Shown here: piece by piece, positions 55,928 through 64,000 of the stretch | How the letters are laid out: each line of letters opens with the position of its first letter | Position numbering within the stretch: the stretch's first letter is position 1 | Assembly (NCBI GenBank): GCA_031288185.1 | Contig: JAITRZ010000048.1 | Span: forward strand, 31,307 to 95,306 | DNA length: 64,000 nucleotides | Source: Coriobacteriales bacterium | GTDB lineage: Bacteria; Actinomycetota; Coriobacteriia; Coriobacteriales; UBA8131 | Reading direction: 5' to 3' | Translations under genes and position numbers: made by a program | Notes under the pieces: model-generated | Database searches by the model: none | What the model saw: only the letters and a program-made list of their open reading frames with translations | Told to the model about the DNA's origin: nothing

Positions 55928-56689
55928 ATGAACAGTCTGATTGAATCAGACAACGCTGCCTTTGCCTATGCTGGTCGCACCGTGGTGAAGGGACTAAATT
56001 TCTGCCTGGAAACCGGTGACTACCTGTGTATCGTGGGCGAGAACGGTAGTGGCAAAACTACTCTGGTCGATGGCATTTTAGGGTTGAAGCAACCCTGTGC
56101 CGGCGCCATTCGCTACCGGCCCGATTTACGACGTTCAAGCATCGGCTTTCTTCCCCAGAGCCGCGACCTTGATCGCGACTTTCCCGCCAACGTCAGCGAA
56201 ATAGTGCTAAGCGGTCGCCTGGGACACAAAGGGTTGGCACCGTTTTATACCAGGGCTGATAGACGCGCTGCCGCAGAGGCCCTGATGATGTGCGGCATAA
56301 AAGACCAGAAGAAATGCTTCTTTGGCGCCCTGTCCGGCGGACAAAAACAGCGGGTGTTGCTGGCCCGGGCCCTGGCCACCGCCCCAGACGGGCTAAAATT
56401 GCTTATCCTGGATGAACCGATGAACAGTTTGGATCCGGCCGCCAAAAGCGACCTCTATGCCCTAATTGCTGAGTTAAACAGCTGCCGGCAGATTACCGTT
56501 ATCATGGTGACCCATGATGTCAACACAGCCCTGCATTATGCCAACAAGGTCCTGATGCTGGGCTCTGAACAGGTATTCTTTGGCACAAGTGCTGAGTTTT
56601 TGCAAACTGCCGGCGCCCGTGAACTGCTGCGTGATGCCTGCGCTGATAACTGCGCGGTCTGCGGCCTGGATCACCGGCCACAGGCTTAG
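55928..56689 (+). CDS. znuC: Metal ABC transporter ATP-binding protein
   Basis: Walker A GENGSGKTT, signature LSGGQKQR, Walker B LLILDEP. Confidence 0.88.
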   Translation: MNSLIESDNAAFAYAGRTVVKGLNFCLETGDYLCIVGENGSGKTTLVDGILGLKQPCAGAIRYRPDLRRSSIGFLPQSRDLDRDFPANVSEIVLSGRLGHKGLAPFYTRADRRAAAEALMMCGIKDQKKCFFGALSGGQKQRVLLARALATAPDGLKLLILDEPMNSLDPAAKSDLYALIAELNSCRQITVIMVTHDVNTALHYANKVLMLGSEQVFFGTSAEFLQTAGARELLRDACADNCAVCGLDHRPQA

Positions 56690-56842
56690 CGCTCTATCGA
56701 AGGAAAGATACTCCGGAGGGTTTTTGTTGCGCGATACACGATATAAGCTGTGCCCACAAAGCGAGGGCAAGACGGCGCGCCACCAGCAAAGACCCTCCTT
56801 ATCCCCTGGCAAACATCCTAGCGCAAGGAGAAACAGCGAGCG

Positions 56843-57658
56843 ATGCCGGAATTGCTAAATACGATTTTTTCCTACGAGTTTCTCACCAGGGCCTTGGGGG
56901 TGGGATTGCTGATTTCACTGTGTTCAGCATTGCTGGGGGTGAGTCTGGTGCTTAAACGCTTCGCGATGATTGGCGACGGGCTGGGACATGTTGGCTTTGG
57001 ATCCCTGGCGGTTGCCACAGCCCTCAACTGGGCTCCGCTGGCCCTATCCATGCCGGTTACGGTGGTGGCCGCTTTTTTCCTCCTGCGTATTTCAGCCAAC
57101 CGCCAGATCAGGGGTGACGCTGCCATCGCCCTGCTTTCGGCCAGCTCTTTGGCTATTGGCGTGTTTGTAATTTCTGCCACTACCGGTATGAACACTGACG
57201 TTGACAGTTACCTGTTTGGCTCCATTTTAACCCTCACCAGCGCCGACGTAGTGCTTGCTGTGGGGCTTTGTGTCCTGGTGTTAGGGCTGTTTGTAGTGTT
57301 TTATAACCGCATTTTTGCCATGACCTTTGACGAGCGTTTCGCCCAGGCCACCGGCGTGCCAACGGGCCTGTACAACAGTCTGCTGGCAGCACTGGTTGCC
57401 TTGACCATTGTTGTGGGAATGCGCATGATGGGGGCGCTGCTGATCTCATCGTTGATCATTTTTCCGGCGTTGAGCGCCATGCGGCACGGTCGCAGCTTCA
57501 AGACGGTAACCTGGCAGGCGGCGCTGATTTCAACGGCCTGTTTTCTGGTGGGCCTTTTGGCCTCAGTACACTTTGCCACTCCCACCGGCGCCAGTGTTGT
57601 GTTGATAAATCTGTTAGTTTTTCTGGCGCTTTCTATCAGCGCGCGAAGGCGCTTTTGA
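56843..57658 (+). CDS. znuB: Metal ABC transporter permease
   Basis: ABC-3 family polytopic membrane protein, 271 aa. Confidence 0.88.
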   Translation: MPELLNTIFSYEFLTRALGVGLLISLCSALLGVSLVLKRFAMIGDGLGHVGFGSLAVATALNWAPLALSMPVTVVAAFFLLRISANRQIRGDAAIALLSASSLAIGVFVISATTGMNTDVDSYLFGSILTLTSADVVLAVGLCVLVLGLFVVFYNRIFAMTFDERFAQATGVPTGLYNSLLAALVALTIVVGMRMMGALLISSLIIFPALSAMRHGRSFKTVTWQAALISTACFLVGLLASVHFATPTGASVVLINLLVFLALSISARRRF

Positions 57659-57869
57659 AGCTGCGCCTTGAGACTGCGCCCGACCCTAACCCATCGGATT
57701 GTTGCAAAAGCGGCTGGCGCCCGGTATACCAGGCGCCAGCCGCGCAGGTGACGGGCCGTGATGATGTCCTCAGGCGGCCAGTGAGCCTGAAGTTTGATGA
57801 GGCCCTAAGAAGGAACCTGACGCTGTCCGCTAACAGGGGCCGTGATGGTGTCCTGAGACGCCCGTAAGC

Positions 57870-58490
57870 CTAGAGCTTGACAAAGGCGCCAGAAGCGAAC
57901 ATCAAATCCAGGTAGGCTGGGCCCGTAGCGTTACGGTTCCAATCTCGTTGCAGCTCACAGAGTATTTGCGGTATGGTAACCAATTTGGCACCAGCCTGTT
58001 CCATGCGCCTTAACCCAGTCTTGTGCGCTAGATAGCTTGTTCCACCCACAGCATCAACCACGGGATAGACGTCGTAGCCATCCTTGATGGCATCCAGGGT
58101 TGGCAAGGTCAGACAAACTTCAGTCCACAGCGCGCAGATTATCAGTTTCTTGCGCCCGGTTTCCTTGACTGCTGCCAGATATTGAGCATCTTCCCAGGCA
58201 TTTATCGCGGTGCGGTCGTAAGAAGGCACACCCTGAAGCTGCTCCTTGATTGGCTCAATGGTGTCCTTATTGCGTCCGTTTTCGACATTTACCGTAGACA
58301 AAACAACAGGAAGTCCAAAGGCGTTGGCAATTTTGGCCACCAGAACGATATTTTCAACAAGCCGGTTGGTGCGCATAGAATTGATGGAGTGTATCTGGGT
58401 TGGCTGATAGTCAATGATGGTTAAAAGGGAATTTTGAGGTGTCAGCAGATGATCGGTTTTTGGATCGCGAATGGGTTGGATACTAGTCAT
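57870..58490 (-). CDS. Isochorismatase-family (YcaC-like) hydrolase, paralog 1
   Basis: 206 aa from the ATG at 58490. About 65 percent identical by eye to the 59979..60599 product. Contains CALWTEVC (the catalytic Cys context). Confidence 0.8.
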   Translation of the reverse strand: MTSIQPIRDPKTDHLLTPQNSLLTIIDYQPTQIHSINSMRTNRLVENIVLVAKIANAFGLPVVLSTVNVENGRNKDTIEPIKEQLQGVPSYDRTAINAWEDAQYLAAVKETGRKKLIICALWTEVCLTLPTLDAIKDGYDVYPVVDAVGGTSYLAHKTGLRRMEQAGAKLVTIPQILCELQRDWNRNATGPAYLDLMFASGAFVKL

Positions 58491-58688
58491 GTTAAGTACC
58501 TTTCTCAATAAGGCTGCCAGGTTCGGCAGTGGGAAGCGGCGATAAGGTACGTCCTTAAAATTTCCCCCCTCCCCTCGCCTGCTATGATACAACTCCCACC
58601 ACGCTCACACAAACGCCGGGGCATTCATCGACCGTTCACTGGCCGCTGAGCGTGTTAAGCCATGGAAACAGATGGGTGGTTGCCCAAT

Positions 58689-59933
58689 TTAAGAAGCTGC
58701 CGTTGCAACAAAACGTTCGGCCACGGTACGCTGTTTGAGAATCAGGTCTGCGGGAACCAACTGCTGTATCCTGATGGCCTTGTGCGCACAGGCCGCCGCG
58801 CAACGACCACACTGCACGCAGCGCCAGGGACGGATGTCCAGGCCCGTGACACGGGCACCAACCCGTACCTGGGTGATAGCCTGCATGGGACAAAGGGTAC
58901 TGCACACCTTGCATTTGACGCATTTTTGGGGGTTAACGTGGGGATAACCCCAGAGTCTGCTGGGCAGCTGTGCCGCAGATCCTTTGTTGGTATCACGGCC
59001 GCCTTCAGTATCGCAGCCCGTAGTATCGGCTGCGAGATCGACACAGGCTGCGGGATCGGCCGCAGCATCAAGTAGAGTCAACAGACAGCGCCGAGCCATT
59101 TCCTGACGAAAGGGCGGAGGCTGTGACTCAGGCGTCTGTTCAACCCTGGCAAGTGAAGCGCCCTGGCCCAGCGAGGCTTCCAGGAACTCTGAGGTAGCCT
59201 GGGTCGCCACACGACTGAAGATGCCCAGGGCCTGAGTCTTGAGAGCGCTAAAGGCTTCCCGCCGATCCACCTCACCCTCAGCAGAAACAACCGGGCTAGA
59301 TGACAGCGCACGAAGAGGTCGGCTACTGGCCAAGACAGGAAGAACCTCATTGAGGGTCTTGGCACTAACACGATGCGCCCGCACCGCTGCATTAACACCC
59401 AGCGCGTCAATGATTGCGGTGGTGTATTCGCAGATCAACTCTGACATGCCAAAATCGCATCCAATGGCGCAGGTAGAGCAGTTTTCTGTGACCAGGTCAA
59501 CCTGTCCGTCTCCCAAAACAAGCAGGTACAACAGCTGCGCCTCATCCAACCTGTCCAGACATTCCAGCACCGTTACCATCCCTTCGGGCTCAGCACCCGC
59601 TGTTTTCAGGCACTCGGCGGCAGGCTCACAAAGCAGCAGGGTGGAACCCCCCGCCAAACGGGCGTACAGGCGCTCATCGTCCAGCCAGTGCGAGCGCACC
59701 GCCTGCACAGGACAAACCGTGAGACAGGCGCCACAATGGCTGCACGCATCATGGTCAAGAGATATCTGGGTGCTTTTGTGAAACGTGATAGCCTGCTGGG
59801 GGCAGATGTCCGCGCACAGGCGACAATAGTTCCTGGTTCGATTGACGCCAATACACGCCGCGCGATCAATCTCAATATCGGTGCCACTATAGGCAGAAGG
59901 AACAACAGTTTCTATCAGCGAGATAATATCCAT
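58689..59933 (-). CDS. Multi-cluster 4Fe-4S ferredoxin-domain protein of unknown function
   Basis: Four CxxCxxCxxxCP-type motifs: two N-terminal (CRLCADICP, CSHCGACLTVCP) and two C-terminal (CVKCKVCSTLCP, CVQCGRCAAAC). Confidence 0.7.
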   Translation of the reverse strand: MDIISLIETVVPSAYSGTDIEIDRAACIGVNRTRNYCRLCADICPQQAITFHKSTQISLDHDACSHCGACLTVCPVQAVRSHWLDDERLYARLAGGSTLLLCEPAAECLKTAGAEPEGMVTVLECLDRLDEAQLLYLLVLGDGQVDLVTENCSTCAIGCDFGMSELICEYTTAIIDALGVNAAVRAHRVSAKTLNEVLPVLASSRPLRALSSSPVVSAEGEVDRREAFSALKTQALGIFSRVATQATSEFLEASLGQGASLARVEQTPESQPPPFRQEMARRCLLTLLDAAADPAACVDLAADTTGCDTEGGRDTNKGSAAQLPSRLWGYPHVNPQKCVKCKVCSTLCPMQAITQVRVGARVTGLDIRPWRCVQCGRCAAACAHKAIRIQQLVPADLILKQRTVAERFVATAAS

Positions 59934-59978
59934 AATGCGTGTTTCCTTGATGGCACTCTCATAGAGCCAAAACCTCGC

Positions 59979-60599
59979 CTACAGGCCAACAAAGGCTCCG
60001 TTGGCAAACATCAGGTCAAGAAAGTCGTTGACGGTGGCCTGGCGATTCCAGTCGCGCTGCAATTCGCATATGAGCTGGGGAATGGTTATAAGGCGCGCAC
60101 CGGCCTGTTGCAGGCGATCCAGCGCTGTTTCATGCGCGCGTTGGCTGGTGCCACCCACGGCATCCACCACTACAAACACCTCCAGACCCTCATGCAGGGC
60201 ATCCAGGGCCGGAAAGGTCAGGCAGGCTTCAGTCCACAGCGCGCACATGATCAGCTTTTTACGGTTAGTGTTGCGCACAGCGGCAAGAAACTGGGCATCT
60301 TCCCAGGCGTTGATGGAAGTGCGATCATAGGATGGAAGGTCGGCCAGCTCCTGCTTGAGCGGCGGGATGGTTTCCTGGTTGCGGGTGGTGGCGACATTGA
60401 CCGTTGAAAGCACGATGGGAAGGTTATAGGCTTTGGCCGCCTGAGCCACAATAACGATGTTGCGAATCAGCTCGCTGGTGTTGATGGAATTGACGGAATG
60501 TATCTGTGTTGGCTGATAGTCAATTATCACTACGGCGGCGTTTTCCGGCGTTAGAAGCCAGTCGGTCTTGGGGGAGCGGATGGGGGTGATACTGGTCAT
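59979..60599 (-). CDS. Isochorismatase-family (YcaC-like) hydrolase, paralog 2
   Basis: MTSITPIRSPKTDWLLTPENAAVVIIDYQPTQ ... CALWTEAC. Confidence 0.85.
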   Translation of the reverse strand: MTSITPIRSPKTDWLLTPENAAVVIIDYQPTQIHSVNSINTSELIRNIVIVAQAAKAYNLPIVLSTVNVATTRNQETIPPLKQELADLPSYDRTSINAWEDAQFLAAVRNTNRKKLIMCALWTEACLTFPALDALHEGLEVFVVVDAVGGTSQRAHETALDRLQQAGARLITIPQLICELQRDWNRQATVNDFLDLMFANGAFVGL

Positions 60600-60686
60600 G
60601 GGGTCTCCTCAGGATGGCGGGTAGCAGTGACAGGTGGTGGCGGGTGGTGGTGGCGACAGGTAGTGACGGGCAACGGGCGAGAATGC

Positions 60687-60872
60687 TTAGAACTGATTAT
60701 AAATGAACTCCGGCGGGCCGCTGTAGGGTGAAAATATGAAAAACCAAATCAGTATGACCGCGCCGCACAACATCGCCAGCCCGTACAGCACAACAAGCAG
60801 AAAGGGGCGCTTGTCCAAAAACCTTGCAATGGCAACGCGCAAGTCGATTGTTTTAGGAGCAGGTGGCATCAT
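60687..60872 (-). CDS. dltX: DltX-like small membrane protein (C-terminal FIYNQF)
   Basis: One TM helix and a C-terminal motif EFIYNQF that matches the DltX FxYxxF signature (recalled). It lies 12 nt downstream of dltD. Confidence 0.65.
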   Translation of the reverse strand: MMPPAPKTIDLRVAIARFLDKRPFLLVVLYGLAMLCGAVILIWFFIFSPYSGPPEFIYNQF

Positions 60873-60884
60873 GGTAGGTCACCT

Positions 60885-62042
60885 TCAGTCGCGCGCAAAA
60901 TCATACATCGCCTCTTCCAGGCGTGTCCAGCCTATCCAGCCCAGGTGCATGACATCGCGCAGGAAATAGGTCTCATATTCACTGGCTGAAAAGTCGACAG
61001 AGTTAACGTGGTGACTTTCGCAGAGCGCGCGGATCTGAGCGTAATACTGTTGGCGCATTGGTGCAGAAACGCCAGTGTAGTCATACCACGGGCCATTTAC
61101 CGGCACTATCGCTATCAGGGGCTCCAGGCCGCTTTGTTTGCAGACCTCCAAGAAGAGCTCCAGATCGCCGTATTCGCGTGAATGGAGAAATGAGGTGTCT
61201 GCGGCCGCGCCGGCGTACGTATCCAGGCTAGAGGCGATATAGTCGTTATAATAACTATTTAATATACCAAAATTATTGTTGGTGCTGGCCGCCTGTCCAT
61301 CACGCGCAGCCTGGGCCAGCCACTCAGACCAATCCGGTGCTGTATTGAGTGTAAGGTAGGTGTCTGCCGGTTCTTGTCCTTGTTCACGCACTACGGCCAG
61401 CCCCTGCCTGAGCTTGATATCCTCCAGTCCGCCGTAGAAAAAACCATCCAGGGCTTCGATGAGCCCTGAAGGATTGAGGGCCGCCAGATGGGCCGAGTCC
61501 ACCCCCAACTGAACAAGGCGAGCGCCTACCGCAGCCTGCAATTCAGAGGAAAGGGCGCTGTTAGCTAAAAACTGCTGGTAAACCTCCCATGAAAAACGTG
61601 ATCGAAAGGCGGCGGGCTCAATGTCTACGGTCTGAAACCACTGCGGTGAGAGAATCAGCACCACTTTACGCTGTTCAGGTCGCAGTTTATCAGCCAATGC
61701 GCCAGCGTACAGCGCAAATTGAAGTGACTGTGTATGAGCGCTGCCCACCATCATCGGTACAGAGCCAATGTTCTGCTCCCGAAAAAAGCGCAGGGGATGT
61801 GCGGCCATGTCGCCACCGGCGCTGAGTTCTGAAGATCCAAACAGTAAAAGCGACTGCGGACGCATGGCCGCAGCCAGGAAGGTGGCACTCTGCATCTTTT
61901 CTTCTGTCAACACCAGGTCATAGGAAAGTGCTGGGGGAGCCGCCGCGCTTTCCGGCAGGGTGTGCGTCCAGCTCGCAAGCCCACAGCCTGCCAGCAGCAG
62001 GGCAAGGAGCAGGGCAATCAAACGGTGGGCCGCCGCTTTCAT
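60885..62042 (-). CDS. dltD: D-alanyl-teichoic acid biosynthesis protein DltD
   Basis: N-terminal anchor/lipobox LLAGC, FGSSEL and DVMHLGWIGW motifs. Overlaps the dltC stop. Confidence 0.85.
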   Translation of the reverse strand: MKAAAHRLIALLLALLLAGCGLASWTHTLPESAAAPPALSYDLVLTEEKMQSATFLAAAMRPQSLLLFGSSELSAGGDMAAHPLRFFREQNIGSVPMMVGSAHTQSLQFALYAGALADKLRPEQRKVVLILSPQWFQTVDIEPAAFRSRFSWEVYQQFLANSALSSELQAAVGARLVQLGVDSAHLAALNPSGLIEALDGFFYGGLEDIKLRQGLAVVREQGQEPADTYLTLNTAPDWSEWLAQAARDGQAASTNNNFGILNSYYNDYIASSLDTYAGAAADTSFLHSREYGDLELFLEVCKQSGLEPLIAIVPVNGPWYDYTGVSAPMRQQYYAQIRALCESHHVNSVDFSASEYETYFLRDVMHLGWIGWTRLEEAMYDFARD

Positions 62043-62293
62043 ACCGTAAAACGCTCTATCTGTGTGACGATAGAATTGATGGTACGTATATCGTCACGTT
62101 CTACGGCTGTTGGCGGAATCTCCACGCTAAACTCGTCTTCCAACGCTACCAGCAGCTCTACCGCTGCCAGAGAATCCAAAAGCCCGCTGGCAAACAGATC
62201 GCTGTTGGGCTCTGTAGCTATCTGCGGCTCACCGGTCATATCCACAATAAGCGCTGTCACCCTGTCTACAATATCTGAACGTTGCATCCGCAT
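62039..62293 (-). CDS. dltC: D-alanyl carrier protein DltC
   Basis: LLDSLAAVELLVALEDEF (Ppant serine). About 80 aa; the second ATG at 62287 is also possible. Confidence 0.85.
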   Translation of the reverse strand: MRMQRSDIVDRVTALIVDMTGEPQIATEPNSDLFASGLLDSLAAVELLVALEDEFSVEIPPTAVERDDIRTINSIVTQIERFTV

Positions 62294-62494
62294 CCCTTTC
62301 TGGCGCCTCTTTGTGCGCTCGTTTCATGCACCTGGTGCCTGCACCTGTTGTGCGCATCTGCTACATGCGCCTGGTGCCTGCGCTGGTCGCCTGCCACCCG
62401 CGCTCGCCTCAGACTCCTGTTTCATAAGCCAGTTTTGTGCGCGCTTGTTCTCCCCAGAATGAAAGAACCCATTTTCTACAAAAAGACCCAGCAC

Positions 62495-63739
62495 CTAAGA
62501 CCCCAGCACCTGGCCTGAAAAGAGCGCAAAACCAAAGAATACCAGGTTGATAGTAATGGCCCAGGACAGTAGTTTATACCAACGCCTGTCGCGATAGCGC
62601 CTATAAAATTGAGATTTCTTTTGGTAAATTTCAGTGCCGGCCAAAAACAGGCCGTGAAACAGGCCATAAGCGATGTAGTCCAGGGTCAGACCATGCCAAA
62701 CACCCATCAACCCCATATTGAGCAGATAGCCCAGGCAGGCTGGTGTCAGACGCGAGGTAAACCACTTACGTCGCAACGCTATGCGTGTAAAGCGCATGAA
62801 CACAAAATCCCGCAGCCAAAACGACAGGCTGATATGCCAACGATTCCAAAAATCCTTAATGTCCACGGCTAAAAAAGGCGCGCGAAAATTGCGAGGTAGC
62901 CGGATGCCAAAACAAAAGCCTACCCCCATCGCCATCAATGAATATCCAGCAAAGTCAAAAAAGAGGTAGATCCCGTAACCATAGGTATCCTTCAAAAGCA
63001 AAATAAGGTCAAAGATGCCGGTCATCGTACGCGTTGGCTGCCATGAATAGGCTTCAAAAATGATCGCGGCCAACACCACCTTATACAGTAGGCCGGCTAA
63101 AAACAGCAGGAGACCCTTACCAAACATATCCAGATAGGTAGCGCGCGGCAGCGCCGTGGTTACCTCAGTAATAAAACGGCGCGAACGATCAATGGGCCCA
63201 GAGGTAAAGGGTGCGAAAAAGAGGAGAAAGTAGAGGTAGTCTGTCAGACGCATCGTTGTGATAAGGCCGTCTTTGCTTTCCAAAAAGACCTGAACAGTCT
63301 TAAAGGTCATGTAGGAGATACCAATGAATCCCAGAAAGTCAGCAGAGAAGGCCGTTGGCAAAAAGATGGTGAAGGGCAAACCTTCGGGCGGGAGGGTGAC
63401 GGCTGGAAAGTCTATCTCAGATGCCGCTAGGCTGCTACCCCAAAGGGCGCTTGTTAGTTTGTAGACGGCCAGCGGCAGAAGCAGGAGGAAGGGGCCAACG
63501 CGTCCCAGAAGCGGCGGGCGGGCGCGCAGATACACAAAGGTGATGGTGGTTGAGAAAAGCAGAAAGAATAGCAGAGCCACCAAACCGGGAACGTTGTGGG
63601 AAAAAAGCAGAAACAAAAATGCGAGGGAGACGGCAAATCCATAGGGTTTAATGCGCCTGCCGGTTGCACCCAGCACAAACGCCGGCACCACGGCCAGCGC
63701 TAAAAGCGCAAAAAATGCGGGCTGTGCGTAAAACTCCAA
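62495..63739 (-). CDS. dltB: MBOAT-family D-alanyl transfer protein DltB
   Basis: Polytopic protein containing FWNRWHISLSFWLRDFVF, the MBOAT catalytic His region. Confidence 0.9.
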   Translation of the reverse strand: MEFYAQPAFFALLALAVVPAFVLGATGRRIKPYGFAVSLAFLFLLFSHNVPGLVALLFFLLFSTTITFVYLRARPPLLGRVGPFLLLLPLAVYKLTSALWGSSLAASEIDFPAVTLPPEGLPFTIFLPTAFSADFLGFIGISYMTFKTVQVFLESKDGLITTMRLTDYLYFLLFFAPFTSGPIDRSRRFITEVTTALPRATYLDMFGKGLLLFLAGLLYKVVLAAIIFEAYSWQPTRTMTGIFDLILLLKDTYGYGIYLFFDFAGYSLMAMGVGFCFGIRLPRNFRAPFLAVDIKDFWNRWHISLSFWLRDFVFMRFTRIALRRKWFTSRLTPACLGYLLNMGLMGVWHGLTLDYIAYGLFHGLFLAGTEIYQKKSQFYRRYRDRRWYKLLSWAITINLVFFGFALFSGQVLGS

Positions 63740-63754
63740 ACCCGTCTGCCGGCT

Positions 63755-64000
63755 CTATGCCTCGATGATCCGGCTTAAAGCGGTGCGGTCAACCTTGCCG
63801 TTTCCCGTTAGCGGAAAGCTATCAAAAAATCGAAACAAACGGGGAAGCATATAGGCGGGCAGCGTCTGGCTCAATTGCGCTCTCAATGCTTGTGCGCGCT
63901 GGAGATTGGTGAGTGAAGGAGCAGAGGTGTCTGACCTCGCACTGATGACACAGGCGATCAGGTGCGTTATCTTGCCATCCTGGCCTGAAGCCGCAAGCAC
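63755..64000 (-). CDS. dltA: D-alanine--D-alanyl carrier protein ligase DltA, C-terminal fragment (continues beyond the window)
   Basis: Adenylation-domain C-terminus LPAYMLPRLFRFFDSFPLTGNGKVDRTAL. It sits upstream of dltB. Confidence 0.8.
   Translation of the reverse strand: MLAASGQDGKITHLIACVISARSDTSAPSLTNLQRAQALRAQLSQTLPAYMLPRLFRFFDSFPLTGNGKVDRTALSRIIEA

Overview
GC-rich chromosomal segment coded almost entirely on the minus strand. The gene content suggests a Coriobacteriia/Eggerthellaceae-type actinobacterium; this is inference, with no search run. The supporting features are hrcA-dnaJ without dnaK, a multi-TM LuxR regulator next to bis-MGD molybdoenzymes, a dlt operon, and many low-complexity protein extensions.

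Contents, left to right:
- Right end of a prophage (holin, Pal-type amidase/CW_7 endolysin) abutting tRNA-Lys(CTT).
- YgjP-like hydrolase, then TPP riboswitch-thiT.
- Pilin-like locus 1, then a SAM methyltransferase.
- Housekeeping block era-dgkA-ybeY-phoH-mtaB-rsmE-dnaJ-hrcA-hemW-dus-larE-HD-metH.
- Rrf2 regulator divergent from cysK.
- Pilin-like locus 2, then a DUF3791/DUF3990/DUF3791 triad.
- lepA and rpsA, then pilin-like locus 3.
- SLC13 transporter and a putative aromatic/polyphenol island. The island holds a pyrogallol-transhydroxylase-like alpha/beta pair, an MFS transporter, an acetylene-hydratase-like molybdoenzyme with a ferredoxin, and a divergent membrane LuxR.
- yqeK-nadD-proA-proB-obg-rpmA-rplU, tRNA-Asn, tRNA-Met and htrA.
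- Glutaredoxin-like gene, ACP, and a ZnuABC-like transporter.
- YcaC-like/4Fe-4S/YcaC-like trio.
- dltA(partial)-B-C-D-X.

Most notable: three dispersed paralogous loci encode proteins with a class III (prepilin) signal. Each sits behind the same roughly 330-450 bp control cassette:
- a conserved extended -10 box;
- a variable-number 12-mer repeat in the 5' UTR;
- a strong RBS and ATG;
- a poly-G tract (11, 12, 12) six codons into a leader ORF;
- terminator-like hairpins;
- a perfect 12-bp inverted repeat whose distal arm covers the pilin-proximal GTG.

The tract lengths decide whether the leader frame runs into the pilin-like gene. This looks like a slipped-strand phase-variation/attenuation switch. 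As far as I recall it has not been described for this group; no database or literature search was possible here.
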